Of a stretch of DNA of 41,691 bases, positions 40,256-41,691 are shown piece after piece. Below the pieces are notes generated by a model that saw only the letters and a list, made by a program, of their open reading frames with translations, had not been told where the DNA came from and ran no database searches. The position numbers and the translations under genes are program-made. The stretch lies in IMG/VR virus record IMGVR_UViG_3300025294_000002, one strand, 5' to 3'. The stretch comes from a virus. Position 1 is the first letter of the stretch. Each line of letters opens with the position of its first letter.

Positions 40256-41597
40256 GCTCCACCTCCTCGAAATTGCGCCCGTCGCCGTCCAGCACCGGCT
40301 GCATTCCGGTGAACGCGGCCCATCGCCGCAGGCAAACGTCGCAGTAGGCCGGGTCCAGCTCGATCACGCGTGCGCGCAAGCCCTGCAGCTCGGCGGCGAT
40401 CAGCGTGGTGCCAGAACCGGCGAATGGGTCGACGACGATGTCGCCCGACCGGCTGCTGGGACGCATCAGCTTCTCCCAGAGCGCGACGGGCTTCATCGTC
40501 GGGTGTTCGGTCGATCTGCGCGGGCGGTCGACGCGCAACACGCTTCCCGGGCGCACTTCGATCTCTGCCGCAGGCCCGACGACGACCACGTCGTCGCCGA
40601 CCTGAATCGCAAAGCGTCCGTCGTCGGTCGGACGCAGCACGCGGTCGTCGCCGAACTGCAGCACGGTGGTGCGCTTGCGACCACCGCGCCAGTAGTGCGC
40701 GCGACCGGGCTTCCATCCGTACAGAATCGGCTCGTGCTGCCACTGCCAGTCGGACCTGCCCAGCACGAGCGCGTCCTTCTGCCAGATGAGGCAGCCGCTG
40801 AACTTGAACCCGGCATGGTTGAACGCCTGCCGCACCGGCACGCCCGCCTCGGTGTCGGCGTGCGCCAGGTAGATCACCGCGCCCTTGCGCATGACGGCGT
40901 AGCAGCGTTCGAGCGCGGTCGACAGGAACTCGGCGTACTCGGCCGCCTTCATCGAGTCGTTCTTGATCGTCAACGCGTCCTTGGTGCCGCCGACGTAGCC
41001 AACGTTGTACGGCGGGTCGGTCACGACCAGATCCGCACGCTCGCCGGCCATCACGGCGTGCCAATCCGCCGCGTCGAGCGCGGAACCGCAGACCAGGCGA
41101 TGCGGTCCGAGCAGCCAGACCTGCCCGGGCTTCACCACCGCCGGCCCCGGCTCGGGCATCTCGTCCGGATGCGTCTTGCCGTCGCCCTCGCCGGTCAGCA
41201 GCGACTCCAGCTCGGTGTCGGAAAAGCCGAGCAGGTCGACCGCGAAACCGCCATCGGCCAGACCTTCCAGCTCCACGCGCAGCAGTTCTTCATCCCAGCC
41301 GGCGTTGAGCGCGAGCTTGTTATCGGCGATGACGAACGCGCGCCGCTGCAGCGGCGACAGGTGCGCGAGCGTGATCGTCGGCACCTCGTCCATGCCGAGC
41401 AGGCGCGCGGCCAGCACGCGGCCGTGGCCGGCGATGATCCCGCCCGCCTCGTCGATCAGCACCGGATTCACGAAGCCGAACTCGCGGATCGAGCCCGCGA
41501 TCTGGGCGATTTGCGCCTCCGAATGCGTGCGGGCATTGTTCGCGAACGGCACGAGCCCCTCGGTGCCGCGATAGACGACTGCGATGGCTAGGGTCAC
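40200..41597 (-). CDS. ParB-like nuclease domain fused to an N6A/N4C-type DNA methyltransferase (465 aa)
   Basis: N-terminus PFANNARTHSEAQIAQIAGSIREFGFVNPVLID..IIAGHGRVLAA; methyltransferase motifs DLVVTDPPYN and VVDPFAGSGTT. GTG start overlaps the HNH stop (GTGA). Confidence 0.9.
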   Translation of the reverse strand: MTLAIAVVYRGTEGLVPFANNARTHSEAQIAQIAGSIREFGFVNPVLIDEAGGIIAGHGRVLAARLLGMDEVPTITLAHLSPLQRRAFVIADNKLALNAGWDEELLRVELEGLADGGFAVDLLGFSDTELESLLTGEGDGKTHPDEMPEPGPAVVKPGQVWLLGPHRLVCGSALDAADWHAVMAGERADLVVTDPPYNVGYVGGTKDALTIKNDSMKAAEYAEFLSTALERCYAVMRKGAVIYLAHADTEAGVPVRQAFNHAGFKFSGCLIWQKDALVLGRSDWQWQHEPILYGWKPGRAHYWRGGRKRTTVLQFGDDRVLRPTDDGRFAIQVGDDVVVVGPAAEIEVRPGSVLRVDRPRRSTEHPTMKPVALWEKLMRPSSRSGDIVVDPFAGSGTTLIAAELQGLRARVIELDPAYCDVCLRRWAAFTGMQPVLDGDGRNFEEVEHGAARTSADADAPAPGAG

Positions 41598-41647
41598 TTT
41601 GAACCCCCCCCATCGATTACCTGCTGCGATGCAAAGGCAGGCCCCCC
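41594..41647 (-). CDS. C-terminal tail and stop of the HNH ORF after crossing the circular junction
   Basis: Continues the frame of 1-423: ...GGPAFASQQVIDGGGSK then TGA at 41594-41596. Contains G7 and G8 homopolymer tracts. Confidence 0.5.
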   Translation of the reverse strand, partial: GGPAFASQQVIDGGGSK

Positions 41648-41691
41648 CGCCGGCGGGGAAGCCGACCCGGGATTCCGGGGCCGCGCCCCCC
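41648..41691. repeat. Terminal direct repeat, copy 2 (identical to 1-44)
   Basis: Exact 44-nt match to the window start. Confidence 0.95.

Larger units (their letters stand above)
1..41691. mobile_element. Complete temperate siphovirus-like phage genome, circularly permuted in this window
   Basis: Contains terminase, portal, protease-capsid, connectors, tail tube, tape measure, tip and fiber, integrase plus attP-like site, and replication genes. No host-like flanks. The ends are 44 nt identical and an ORF is continuous across the junction. Confidence 0.85.

Noticed and set aside
1-41691. CRISPR arrays, rRNA genes, transposases or IS elements
   Set aside because: No regularly spaced direct repeats with unique spacers, no rRNA-like sequence and no DDE or serine recombinase ORFs were seen on either strand.

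Overview
The window is a complete, circularly permuted genome of a high-G+C (about two-thirds by eye) temperate tailed phage. Its first 44 nt are identical to its last 44 nt, and an HNH ORF reads across that junction. Every confident gene except one (16169-17257) lies on the minus strand, and at least 25 gene junctions are ATGA/GTGA start-stop overlaps.

Minus-strand gene order, reading from high to low coordinates:
- Packaging: HNH endonuclease (crosses the junction), ParB-DNA methyltransferase fusion, small and large terminase subunits.
- A roughly 3-kb accessory island: an RHH-led operon, then a C5-cytosine methyltransferase cassette flanked by 21-bp repeats.
- Head: prohead protease-major capsid fusion, Ig-like decoration protein, portal, collagen-like protein, connectors.
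- Tail: tail tube, G/GT chaperone with a CCCAAAA slippery site, tape measure, DUF1833-like protein, NlpC/P60, gpI-gpJ-like tip fusion, tail fiber with an S74 chaperone.
- The single plus-strand gene, which carries four HTH modules.
- About 5.4 kb of small unknown genes, then an attP-like region with a tRNA-like 3' fragment, the integrase and an Xis-like HTH.
- Replication genes with intragenic iterons, then further small early genes.
- A four-gene exported-protein cassette in the position where a lysis cassette is expected, then three tandem small paralogs.

I saw no rRNA, CRISPR array, complete tRNA, or recognisable endolysin or holin.

The most unusual items are:
- the exported-protein cassette;
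- the C5-methyltransferase, whose hallmark motifs are split between two reading frames;
- two paralogs with swapped module order;
- the single-chain 4xHTH protein;
- the non-canonical order of the head genes.

All functional calls come from motif recognition by eye. No database search was run.
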